The notes under the pieces: model-generated
The model's database searches: none
The model's input: the letters and a program-made list of their open reading frames with translations, nothing else
Told to the model about the DNA's origin: nothing
Position numbers and translations under genes: made by a program
Source of the DNA: an uncultured Gammaproteobacteria bacterium
GTDB taxonomy: Bacteria; Patescibacteriota; Microgenomatia; UBA10105; UBA927
Direction: 5' to 3'
DNA length: 64,000 bases
Assembly: GCA_964356315.1 (NCBI GenBank)
Contig: CAYHHA010000001.1
Span: 51,299 to 115,298, forward strand
Shown: positions 39,970 through 48,503 of the stretch, piece after piece
Position numbering within the stretch: the stretch's first letter is position 1
Layout of the letters: each line of letters opens with the position of its first letter

Positions 39970-40055
39970 AGGTATATTGTAGCACGTACACTCTGGGATT
40001 ATGAATAATGAGCTGAAACTATTTAGGAATACTTACGTACACATCATGATATTTC

Positions 40056-40089
40056 CATGATTCATTCTTCATGATTCCCGATTCAGATT
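40056..40089. repeat. Degenerate heptamer array (CATGATT-type)
   Basis: CATGATT CATTCTT CATGATT CCCGATT CAGATT just downstream of the pilin stop codon. Confidence 0.5.
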
Positions 40090-40092
40090 GTT

Positions 40093-40422
40093 TTAATAAG
40101 GCTTTGGGAAGTTTACTGCTCCACCGATGATGGTGACACCCAGGAAGTTCTGGATAAGGAGCATGACCGCCCATGCTGCGCCGACGATGATAAGTCCGAC
40201 GATGGCATGCGTGATTTTATTTCGGGCCGCTTCCATGCCTGCTTTGTCTCCACCTGAGGTGATCCATTGGATTCCTCCGAGTATGAGAAAGAAAAACGCA
40301 AGAAGTGCTGCGATAATAAGGAGTGTGCCAACGAGTGCACTAATAAGCTGGCCTATGTCGTTTATTTTCATGTTTGTCGGTTGGCCAATTGTGATTTGTG
40401 GATCTGCTGCAAATACTTTCAT
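40093..40422 (-). CDS. TrbC/VirB2-like pilin (candidate major pilin)
   Basis: GGIQWITSGGDKAGMEAARNKITHAIVGL core; AGGAGG SD. Confidence 0.85.
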   Translation of the reverse strand: MKVFAADPQITIGQPTNMKINDIGQLISALVGTLLIIAALLAFFFLILGGIQWITSGGDKAGMEAARNKITHAIVGLIIVGAAWAVMLLIQNFLGVTIIGGAVNFPKPY

Positions 40423-40427
40423 ACGTT

Positions 40428-40477
40428 CCTCCTATTTTATATATCTATATTATATCCTATTTCTTATTGTTGCGCAA
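40428..40477 (-). promoter_or_regulatory. Internal sigma70 promoter and strong SD of the 40093-40422 pilin
   Basis: Minus strand TTGCGC (40477-40472), 17 bp spacer, TATAAT (40454-40449); AGGAGG (40433-40428). Confidence 0.6.
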
Positions 40478-40501
40478 AAAGATAGAGACTGTCAATGCCA
40501 T

Positions 40502-40849
40502 TTATCGTCCAACCGTTGGAATTTGGAGGCTTTTGAGATCGAGACCGAAGAAGCCAGCGACCAACGTTGTCAGTGCAAACGAAGCGCCTACAATGATGAT
40601 ACCGATAATTGCATTAGTGATATTGTCTCGTGCCGCCTCTAGCTTCGTCTTATCTCCTCCAGCGCTAATCCATGATATGCCACCTGTAATCAGGTAAACG
40701 AATGCCAATAAAAATCCTGCAATAAATAGTGCTCCAACAAGACTGCTGATAAGTGACCCCAATGCTTTTCCGCCCTCTTGATAATTCCCGCCACCAATAG
40801 CGCGGGGGAGGATAGGGTTGGTAAGTGCTGCAAGAAATTTTTGGTGCAT
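40502..40849 (-). CDS. TrbC/VirB2-like pilin
   Basis: GGISWISAGGDKTKLEAARDNITNAIIG core. Confidence 0.85.
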   Translation of the reverse strand: MHQKFLAALTNPILPRAIGGGNYQEGGKALGSLISSLVGALFIAGFLLAFVYLITGGISWISAGGDKTKLEAARDNITNAIIGIIIVGASFALTTLVAGFFGLDLKSLQIPTVGR

Positions 40850-40850
40850 A

Positions 40851-41240
40851 TTATTTTAATTTGAATAATTCGTTTGTCGCCGGTCCTAACAATATATCGT
40901 ATCCGAAAAATTGTCCCGCCACAGCCAAAAGGCTCCATGATCCGATGACAATGACAAGGCCGACAAACGCATGAGTGATGCGGTCTCTGGCTGATGCAAT
41001 TTTTTTGGCATCTCCTCCAGCGCTGATCCACTCGTATCCTGCGAACAACAGCATGAATAAAAACCAAATGCTGGCAAATACGGTCAGCATGCCAACGATA
41101 TCGCTCACGTAATTTGTAATCGTTTCGACAGGATTGCTTATCGCTTTTCCCGCGAATGGTCCCAGTTCTCCGCCGTTTCCCTCTCCGATTGTTCCCAGAG
41201 ATTGTCCTAACGCTACTGATTTAGCAAGAAGTGTTGTCAT
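40851..41240 (-). CDS. TrbC/VirB2-like pilin
   Basis: AGYEWISAGGDAKKIASARDRITHAFVGL core. Confidence 0.85.
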   Translation of the reverse strand: MTTLLAKSVALGQSLGTIGEGNGGELGPFAGKAISNPVETITNYVSDIVGMLTVFASIWFLFMLLFAGYEWISAGGDAKKIASARDRITHAFVGLVIVIGSWSLLAVAGQFFGYDILLGPATNELFKLK

Positions 41241-41241
41241 A

Positions 41242-41607
41242 TTAGTTTGGACCGTATATTGACGGGCTTAGGATGGCGCTTGGGCTACCAAAGAATACTT
41301 GACCCATCAGAGCGGCGATTGCAAAAGACCCCACAATCAACACAAGTCCGAGAAGTGATTGGTAGATCCTGTCCCATGCCGCGGATACTGACTTAGAATC
41401 ACCACCAGCGTTCATATACTGGAATCCTGCAATGATAAAGTTGAAAAACGCAAAAATCCCCGCAACCACAAACACCAGTCTTAAAATATTACTGAGAAAT
41501 AGGATAAGCCCGCCCCCTGCGCCTGCTGCTCCAATAATATTTTTATATTGTGCCGGTAGCGGGTTTGTGACCGTTCCGATAATATCGTCTGCGTAAACTT
41601 TAAACAT
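41242..41607 (-). CDS. TrbC/VirB2-like pilin
   Basis: AGFQYMNAGGDSKSVSAAWDRIYQSLLGL core; start moved to MFKVYAD. Confidence 0.8.
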   Translation of the reverse strand: MFKVYADDIIGTVTNPLPAQYKNIIGAAGAGGGLILFLSNILRLVFVVAGIFAFFNFIIAGFQYMNAGGDSKSVSAAWDRIYQSLLGLVLIVGSFAIAALMGQVFFGSPSAILSPSIYGPN

Positions 41608-41618
41608 ATAATTAGCAT

Positions 41619-41954
41619 CTACCTCGGTAAAATACAAAGTGTATTTACACAATCTCCCTTTAAACCTGTTAGGGTCTCTATAATCTGAATGATCCAAAAC
41701 GATCCGAGTACAACGATAAGACCTATGACTGCGCCGGTAATTGCCTTTTTCCCCGACTCCATTTTTTTCGTATCTCCGGATCCTGCAGCTTGTATCATAC
41801 CAAATCCAGCGAAAACTAACAAAAGAAACGCGATAACACCTGCGAGCATAAAAGCATTTGGCACGATCACCGACACCAAATCACCTAGGTTGGTAAACTT
41901 TGTTATAGAGGGAAATTCAGTTCCAATATTCACAGCTGCAAATACGCGTTCCAT
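41619..41954 (-). CDS. TrbC/VirB2-like pilin
   Basis: AGFGMIQAAGSGDTKKMESGKKAITGAVIGL core. Confidence 0.8.
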   Translation of the reverse strand: MERVFAAVNIGTEFPSITKFTNLGDLVSVIVPNAFMLAGVIAFLLLVFAGFGMIQAAGSGDTKKMESGKKAITGAVIGLIVVLGSFWIIQIIETLTGLKGDCVNTLCILPR

Positions 41955-42044
41955 ATATGGTTAGTGTAGGCTAGCAGGGCTTGGCGTGTCAATTCGAAAA
42001 TTTGTCGGTAGTGGCGCAAATATGGTATAGTTTCCCCATATTCT

Positions 42045-42596
42045 ATGACGGACTATGTGAACGATCGTCAGTTGATAGCAAAAATTCTCTCACGGGATAG
42101 GCATGCCTTGGCGTATTTTTATAAACGGTACACACCAAAGCTCATGTCGTATATCCATGCAAAGGTGCACAATCCTGCAGATGGGGAGGAGATACTACAA
42201 GATACATTGTTTGCGTTTCTTGAAGCACTTCGAGATTTCCATGGATCATCCAGTATCTCTACATTTCTCTATGCTATTTGTCATCATAAAATAATCGATT
42301 TTTATCGTCGGAAAAAACTAAAGCAATTGGTATTTTCTCAGATGCCAAACTTAGAAGTCCTTATATCACCGTCTAAAAACCCTGAAGAAGAATTGGATGT
42401 TGTGCTTCTAAAAGAAAAAATTCAAACGGTGTTTGGGAAGATTATGCCTCATTATCGGACGCTTTTGATGTCAAAATATATCGAAAATTTATCTGTTTCA
42501 GACATAGCAGAGAAATTTGCGCTGTCTATGAAGGGTGCCGAGTCCCAGTTATTTCGTGCCAGAAAAGCATTCGTAGAATTATTTGTATCTATATAA
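42045..42596 (+). CDS. ECF (sigma70 group 4) RNA polymerase sigma factor
   Basis: EEILQDTL, F.G.SS.STFLY.I.HHKIIDFYR, and region 4 SVSDIAEKF..AESQLFRARK. Confidence 0.92.
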   Translation: MTDYVNDRQLIAKILSRDRHALAYFYKRYTPKLMSYIHAKVHNPADGEEILQDTLFAFLEALRDFHGSSSISTFLYAICHHKIIDFYRRKKLKQLVFSQMPNLEVLISPSKNPEEELDVVLLKEKIQTVFGKIMPHYRTLLMSKYIENLSVSDIAEKFALSMKGAESQLFRARKAFVELFVSI

Positions 42597-42611
42597 TCAA
42601 AAAATACGTCT

Positions 42612-42884
42612 ATGAAAACAATATCAACACCAATTTCCCATCGCACTCAACGCGAAGACCATCAGATGTACCGACGGTTTGTTAAAAGATGGGAAGAGGT
42701 GACAGATTTGCCCGTCCAAACGATGGGCCCATTTACTTCTCTATACAAAATATTAGTAAAACGGCTGAAGGTGATGCCCCTTATCGCGCTGGTAGCCAGC
42801 TCGCTCCTTCTTGTCATTGGTCTGTATGTGCTCTTTGGATCTGCAATCACCGTGCTTACCAGTATTCTTCAAAAAGGATTCTAG
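42612..42884 (+). CDS. Small single-TM protein, candidate anti-sigma factor
   Basis: Directly downstream of the ECF sigma; C-terminal TM. Confidence 0.5.
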   Translation: MKTISTPISHRTQREDHQMYRRFVKRWEEVTDLPVQTMGPFTSLYKILVKRLKVMPLIALVASSLLLVIGLYVLFGSAITVLTSILQKGF

Positions 42885-42957
42885 TCGCCGTAGCTTCCCC
42901 GCATGATTCTTCATTCTTTTCCGACTACTATTTTAGGGCCATGTAGGGCTCCATTTT

Positions 42958-43575
42958 ATGATTACTTATATCAAAAAAGCGTTTGTTAGATTTGGATTGA
43001 ATGTCATTGGTCTTATCCTTAAGCCATACGAAACGTATCGGGCTATAATCGAGCGGTCTGGCTATGAAGAGCTGGGAATTATTGGGCTACTGGTTGCTGT
43101 CTATTTTGCAGTTGCTTCGCTTGTAAAAACATCTCTTTTTCGACCGTTTCTTCTGACTAAGCAATGGATTGTTCTTATGAGTGGAAGCATTCTGACCTTT
43201 ATCGTTTGTGTGAGTTTGTTCTGGTGGGTAGGCTCAATGCTTGGGAGATCTGGAAAACTCAAAGGATTTATTTTAGGGTGGGGGTATTCACTTGTCCCAA
43301 CGATCCTTTGGTTTTGGATGACCTCTATCTTGTATATTATCCTTCCTCCTCCGCGGACAACCGCAAACACTGGGATTATATTTAGCGCATTATATTTATT
43401 GATTTCGTTAACACTTCTGTTTTGGAAAGTAGTAGTATCGTACTTATCTTTGCGGTTTGGGTTGCGATTAGATTTTGGAAAAATACTGATACTTAGTGCC
43501 GTAGTGTTGCCGATCTTGGGCGTCTATAGCGTTCTCATGTATCGTATGGGGGTGTTTAGGATACCGTTTATATAG
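42958..43575 (+). CDS. Yip1-like membrane protein
   Basis: ILKPYETY N-terminal motif, five TMs, GYSLVP motif. Confidence 0.65.
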   Translation: MITYIKKAFVRFGLNVIGLILKPYETYRAIIERSGYEELGIIGLLVAVYFAVASLVKTSLFRPFLLTKQWIVLMSGSILTFIVCVSLFWWVGSMLGRSGKLKGFILGWGYSLVPTILWFWMTSILYIILPPPRTTANTGIIFSALYLLISLTLLFWKVVVSYLSLRFGLRLDFGKILILSAVVLPILGVYSVLMYRMGVFRIPFI

Positions 43576-43576
43576 A

Positions 43577-43680
43577 AATAATCCAATAAACAATAAGTAA
43601 ATAAGGAATAAGGAATAAGGAATAAAAAAATAAGCAGTAAACAATAAGCAAATAAGGAATAACAAATAAACAATAAAGAA
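43577..43680. repeat. Degenerate 7/8-mer array (AATAAGG/AATAAAC-type)
   Basis: Roughly 14 units fill the whole gap between the Yip1-like stop and the HMG-CoA reductase start. Confidence 0.85.
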
Positions 43681-43682
43681 GT

Positions 43683-44828
43683 ATGAATTTAAGAAATGTA
43701 CAATCGGTTTTGGAGAGGAGAATGCTACTTGAAAAAGAGCTTTCTGTGGATCTGTCGGTTATTGGGTCAAGCGGAATAAATACATCTATCGCTTCATCTA
43801 GACACTGCGAAAATATGATTGGGTACACGCAGATTCCTGTGGGAGTCGCAGGTCCATTGTTAATACAGAGCGAAAAAGGAAAAGACAAAAATTTCTATAT
43901 CCCACTGGCAACCACCGAAGGAGCGCTTGTTGCTTCTGTGAGTCGTGGGTGTAAAGCCATTACTAAGTCAGGGGGCGCGTTTGTGGATTCGTATAAAATC
44001 GGCGCAACAAGAAGCCCTGTTTTTAAGGTGGAAAATATCACTCAAAGCAAACATCTTTTTGAGTTTGTGAACGCCCATGAAGTTGATCTACAAAAGATTG
44101 CTTCCTCGACATCGTCTCACCTAGCTCTTACAAAAACCATGGTAACGGGCGTCGGGAAATATTTGTATCTGCGATTTTCGTTTGATACCCAGGATGCGAT
44201 GGGTATGAATATGGTTACAATCGCAGCAGACCGATTGTCTGTATATATCGAAGAACAAACCGGATTTCCTCTTATTGCCGTTGCCGGAAATATTGACGCT
44301 GATAAAAAACCTGCATGGTCTCATGCTATTTTACACCGGGGGATAGAGGCTTGGGCGGAGTGTACGATATGTGAGGAGGTTCTCCAAAAGGTGCTAAAAA
44401 CTACGGCAAAAAAAATCTATGAAGTCTGGTTGTCCAAATGTATGATCGGAAGCGCGCTGTCAGGATCAATCGGCTTCAATGCGCAGATGGCAAATATTCT
44501 TTCTGGATTGTTTATCGCAACTGGACAGGATCCCGCACATGTCGTTGAGGCAAGTACAGGCATGACCACAGCCGAAATTGTCGAGGGCACAAATGATTTA
44601 TATATAAGCGTTTTTCTTCCTGATCTCATGGTTGGAACGGTCGGTGGGGGAACAGGTCTTCCAACGCAAAAAGAAGCACTTTCTCTTATCGGCGAAACTA
44701 CAAGTCAAGGGTTTGCTCAAGTTGTCGCTGGCGCGGTATTGGCAGGAGAAATTTCCCTGCTTGCATCTCTTTCCGAGGGCACGCTGTCAAAGGCGCACAA
44801 GAGACTGGGAAGGGGAGAGTGCGTATGA
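43683..44828 (+). CDS. hmgA: HMG-CoA reductase, class I (NADPH)
   Basis: CENMIG, PLATTEGALVAS, DAMGMNM and GTVGGGT motifs. Confidence 0.95.
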   Translation: MNLRNVQSVLERRMLLEKELSVDLSVIGSSGINTSIASSRHCENMIGYTQIPVGVAGPLLIQSEKGKDKNFYIPLATTEGALVASVSRGCKAITKSGGAFVDSYKIGATRSPVFKVENITQSKHLFEFVNAHEVDLQKIASSTSSHLALTKTMVTGVGKYLYLRFSFDTQDAMGMNMVTIAADRLSVYIEEQTGFPLIAVAGNIDADKKPAWSHAILHRGIEAWAECTICEEVLQKVLKTTAKKIYEVWLSKCMIGSALSGSIGFNAQMANILSGLFIATGQDPAHVVEASTGMTTAEIVEGTNDLYISVFLPDLMVGTVGGGTGLPTQKEALSLIGETTSQGFAQVVAGAVLAGEISLLASLSEGTLSKAHKRLGRGECV

Positions 44829-45874
44829 AATCGGTCGGCATTACCTCATATGGGACCTATATCCCAACTTACCGGGTGAAGCTGGATGATATCGCGCGCG
44901 CGTGGGACAAAAATGGCGTTGAAATTCAAGGGTCGCTGGGTATAGCGGAAAAATCCGTTCCCGGCGTTGACGAAGATGCCGTAACCATTGCTCTTGAAGC
45001 CGGGGTAAACAGTCTTTACGGCCACAATGGAAAACCGACTGATATCGGTGTATTGTTTGTTGGAAGTGAGAGCCACCCTTATGCCGTCAACCCTACTTCA
45101 ACGATTGTTGGAGAATTATTAAGCATAGGAACATCGTACCTCGCGGCTGACTTACAATTTGCGTGCAAAGCGGCGACAGCAGGAATGCAGGCTATTGCGG
45201 GACTTGTCGCTTCTGGGCATGTTTCCTATGGCATGGTGATAGGCGCGGACACAGCGCAAAGCAAACCACACGACGCCCTCGAATACACCTCTGCGGCAGC
45301 AGGGGTTTCTTGCATTTTGGGATCAAAAGGGTGCATTGCAAATCTATTGGCATATACGTCGTATTCATCTGATACCCCAGATTTTTGGAGGCGCGATGGA
45401 TTAAAATACCCTTCTCATTCAGGGCGATTTACGGGAGAGCCTGCGTATTTCGCCCATGTCCTTGGCGCATCAAAACAACTTCTCGAGCAAGCGAAATTAA
45501 CACCAAAAGAATTTACGTACTGCGTATTTCATATGCCAAATGGAAAATTCCCACGGGATGTGGCAAGACGGTTAGGGTTTTCAAAAGAACAACTTGCCCC
45601 TTCTCTCACCGTGGATGACATAGGAAACCCATATTCAGCTTCTGCCCTGTTGGGTCTTGCGGCGGTTCTTGATATAGCGCAACCAGGGGATAAAATTTTT
45701 ATGGCTTCTTATGGGTCAGGAGCGGGGAGCGATGCCTTTGTTTGGGAGGTAACACCAGATATGGTAGCGTATAGAGAGGCGACCTCTGCAGTAAAAAAAA
45801 CAGTGAAACAACAAATAGAGCAAAAAGTGTATATCGATTATGTAGGATATTTAAAAAAGACACATAAGATTTAA
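44825..45874 (+). CDS. HMG-CoA synthase, archaeal-type
   Basis: EKSVPGVDED, GSESHPYAV, FACKAAT (catalytic Cys), RFTGEPAYF and SYGSGAGSD motifs. Confidence 0.93.
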   Translation: MKSVGITSYGTYIPTYRVKLDDIARAWDKNGVEIQGSLGIAEKSVPGVDEDAVTIALEAGVNSLYGHNGKPTDIGVLFVGSESHPYAVNPTSTIVGELLSIGTSYLAADLQFACKAATAGMQAIAGLVASGHVSYGMVIGADTAQSKPHDALEYTSAAAGVSCILGSKGCIANLLAYTSYSSDTPDFWRRDGLKYPSHSGRFTGEPAYFAHVLGASKQLLEQAKLTPKEFTYCVFHMPNGKFPRDVARRLGFSKEQLAPSLTVDDIGNPYSASALLGLAAVLDIAQPGDKIFMASYGSGAGSDAFVWEVTPDMVAYREATSAVKKTVKQQIEQKVYIDYVGYLKKTHKI

Positions 45875-45964
45875 ATGTTATTGGTTCAGAGTTCATGGTT
45901 CATGGCAAAAAAAACATGTTGACCACCGGCTATGAACCATTAACCACCAACCATGAACCATTAA
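45875..45964. repeat. Inverted heptamer arrays with short spacer (TTCATGG arm / CCATGAA arm)
   Basis: Left TTATTGG TTCAGAG TTCATGG TTCATGG (to 45905); right CTATGAA CCATTAA CCACCAA CCATGAA CCATTAA (45930-45964). Confidence 0.85.
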
Positions 45965-45966
45965 AT

Positions 45967-47136
45967 ATGAATATCTATATAACAGGCGTATCGACAACAA
46001 AATTTGGAGAATTATGGGGGGTGTCCCCAAGGGTTTTGGCACGCGAGAGTGTGACCGGTGCACTTTCGGACGCGGGGCTTGAGCCACGCGATGTGGACGC
46101 ATTGTTTGTAGGGAATATGCTCTCTGGCATGCTTGGGGGACAAGAGCATTTGGGGGCATTTTTTGCAGAGGAATTAGGCCTTTCTATCCCCGCATTTAAA
46201 ATAGAAGGCGCATGCGCTTCTGGCGGGCTTGCCGCACACAACGCCGTTAACAGTGTCCTATCAGGACAATACAAAACAGTCGTTGTCTTAGGTGTAGAAA
46301 AAATGACCGACCATAAGCCAGAAGATGTCGCAACAGCACTAATGGGCGCAGGAAGCGAAGCCGAACGATTGTCCGGCATAACATTCCCAGGATTGTATGC
46401 AATGCTCGCTGGAGCGCACATGAGAGCGTTTGGGACTACTAGGGCGCAAATGGCGTCGGTTGCCGTGAAAAATCATTTTCACGCATTGGCAAATCCTAAT
46501 GCGCAGTTTCATAGCGCAATTACTGTGGAGCAGGTTCTTCGAAGCTCTTGTATTGCAGACCCATTAACACTTTTGGATTGTTCGCCAATATCTGATGGAG
46601 CGTCGGCGGTTGTTATATCCAGTAGTAAGGGGAATGGAAAAAGTAGTAAGGATTCTATTGAAATTCTTGCAAGTGTTGCGGCCACTGATACGCTGTCTCT
46701 GGCTCAGAGAGAAAGTCTTGTTGAGCTTAAGGCTACTCGAGTGGCAAGCAAAAAAGCATATGAAATTGCCGGAATTACTCCACCTGAAATCGATATCGCT
46801 GAAGTGCATGATTGTTTTACTATTGCAGAAATTCTCGCGATGGAAGATTTGGGGTTATACGAAAAAGGGATGGCCTCGGTATCGATTGAGAACGGCGAAA
46901 CAACACTTGGATCATCAAAACGTGTCGTAGTAAATACATCAGGAGGTCTAAAAGGATGCGGGCATCCGGTTGGTGCCACAGGGGTAAAGCAACTCGTGGA
47001 GATCGTCGAACAGCTACGTGGCTCTTGTGGAAAGAGACAAGTGGATGGTGCTCGTGTTGGGCTCACTCATAATGTGGGAGGAAGCGGGGCGACGGCAGTG
47101 GTGCACATACTTATGAATAATTCAATAAACAAATAA
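45967..47136 (+). CDS. Acetoacetyl-CoA thiolase, archaeal/SCP2-type
   Basis: EGACASGG, EVHDCF and GHPVGATG motifs; real start MNIYIT after the repeat. Confidence 0.92.
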   Translation: MNIYITGVSTTKFGELWGVSPRVLARESVTGALSDAGLEPRDVDALFVGNMLSGMLGGQEHLGAFFAEELGLSIPAFKIEGACASGGLAAHNAVNSVLSGQYKTVVVLGVEKMTDHKPEDVATALMGAGSEAERLSGITFPGLYAMLAGAHMRAFGTTRAQMASVAVKNHFHALANPNAQFHSAITVEQVLRSSCIADPLTLLDCSPISDGASAVVISSSKGNGKSSKDSIEILASVAATDTLSLAQRESLVELKATRVASKKAYEIAGITPPEIDIAEVHDCFTIAEILAMEDLGLYEKGMASVSIENGETTLGSSKRVVVNTSGGLKGCGHPVGATGVKQLVEIVEQLRGSCGKRQVDGARVGLTHNVGGSGATAVVHILMNNSINK

Positions 47137-47194
47137 TCCAATAATCCAATGATAAATATATTAGAATATTAGTTTATTGGAATATTGGAGTATT
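47116..47194. repeat. Degenerate inverted 8-mer arrays (AATAATCC / TATTGGAA)
   Basis: AATAATTC AATAAACA AATAATCC AATAATCC ... TATTAGAA TATTAGTT TATTGGAA TATTGGAG. Confidence 0.7.
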
Positions 47195-47197
47195 ATT

Positions 47198-47497
47198 ATG
47201 ATCAGTCCAGTAAAAGTGTGGAGAAACCAAAAATATGTTGCTAGAATGATCGGGAAAACCGGGGTTATTGTCGCGGTGACTATTATTCGGGTTCCTCCCG
47301 CAAATTTTGGGCATCAAGCGCCGTATGCTGTCGCTATCGTTTCTTTGGATGGTGGAGAATCCGTTTGCTCTCAGGTGGTTGATTGTTCTCTTTCGGATGT
47401 ATGTGTTGGAAAGAGGGTGGTGACGGTTGTGCGCAAAACCATCCAATCTGAAGTAGATGATGTTATCCCATACGGCATTAAAGTAAAGCTCGCGTAG
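47198..47497 (+). CDS. DUF35 OB-fold protein (thiolase/HMGS scaffold), lacking the zinc ribbon
   Basis: TIIRVPP..F...APYAVAIVSL and IPYGIK motifs; follows the thiolase. Confidence 0.8.
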   Translation: MISPVKVWRNQKYVARMIGKTGVIVAVTIIRVPPANFGHQAPYAVAIVSLDGGESVCSQVVDCSLSDVCVGKRVVTVVRKTIQSEVDDVIPYGIKVKLA

Positions 47498-47504
47498 AAG
47501 TGGA

Positions 47505-47550
47505 GCTTCGTAGCTTAGAACTTAGAACTTAGAACTAAGCAGCCTAAGCA
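47505..47550. repeat. Heptamer array (CTTAGAA)x3 followed by inverted CTAAGC units
   Basis: GCTTAGAACTTAGAACTTAGAACTAAGCAGCCTAAGCA. Confidence 0.75.
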
Positions 47551-47558
47551 TACTAATT

Positions 47559-48503
47559 ATGGTAACCGTTTCTGTTCCAGGAAAAATTCATTTAATGGGT
47601 GAGCATGCCGTTGTCTACGGATATCCCGCTATACTTTCTGCAATAAATCTGCGTCTGCGGGTTTCGATATCCGAAGACTTAGAGGGGGAGGGAGTACGAG
47701 TACTTTCCCATGACCTTACCTCTCACGCGCAGTATGCCGCTGACTTTATGCTCAAATCTCTGCATATTGCGTCACCGGTTCCCTCAAAGATATCTATCGA
47801 ATCAGATATTCCGTCTGGGTATCATTTGGGATCTTCCGCCGCGATGGCAGTTGGTGTTACTGGAGCGATGATGTATTTTTATAAAAAAATTTGGAATCCA
47901 ATAAAAATAAATGAACTTGCCTATGAGATCGAAAAACAGCAACATGGAAATCCTTCTGGGGGAGACAATACCACCGTTACCATGGGGGGATTTATTTGGT
48001 ATCGCAAGGAACTTGAGTTTCTCAAAAGTATTTGGCAATTACCGTTTAAACCACATGCATCACTGCGACATTTTTTTCTCATAAACACAGGGAAACCCAA
48101 AGAATCCACCAAGGTGATGGTCGAACATGTCAGCGCTCTTGTATCCAAAGACCCATCCACATACGAGCATATTTTTCACGAAAATGAAATCCAGGTGAGA
48201 CGAATGACTGCAGCGCTAAAAAACGGGAGCAAGGATGAGGTGATCCACGCAATGCAAAAAGGAGAGTGCACACTAGAGCAGATGGGGGTAGTGAGCGAAT
48301 TCGTGCGTCCTAGTATTCGGGAGATCGAAAAGAATGGGGGAGCCGTGAAAATATTAGGCGGGGGAGGGGTAAAAAAACAGGTTGGATTCATGTTGTGCTA
48401 TCACGAAGATCCGCAACTCGTCGAAGCGCTTATTAGACCATATAATTTTTCGCTCCAGAAGATTTCTCTTGGAGAAGAAGGGGTACGGCTAGATGAAAAA
48501 TAA
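47559..48503 (+). CDS. mvk: Mevalonate kinase (GHMP)
   Basis: PGKIHLMGEHAVVYG, IPSGYHLGSSAA and HGNPSGGD motifs. Confidence 0.85.
   Translation: MVTVSVPGKIHLMGEHAVVYGYPAILSAINLRLRVSISEDLEGEGVRVLSHDLTSHAQYAADFMLKSLHIASPVPSKISIESDIPSGYHLGSSAAMAVGVTGAMMYFYKKIWNPIKINELAYEIEKQQHGNPSGGDNTTVTMGGFIWYRKELEFLKSIWQLPFKPHASLRHFFLINTGKPKESTKVMVEHVSALVSKDPSTYEHIFHENEIQVRRMTAALKNGSKDEVIHAMQKGECTLEQMGVVSEFVRPSIREIEKNGGAVKILGGGGVKKQVGFMLCYHEDPQLVEALIRPYNFSLQKISLGEEGVRLDEK

Noticed and set aside
22467-42000. Integrative conjugative element or prophage
   Set aside because: No integrase, relaxase, att repeats or phage structural genes seen; housekeeping genes are interspersed
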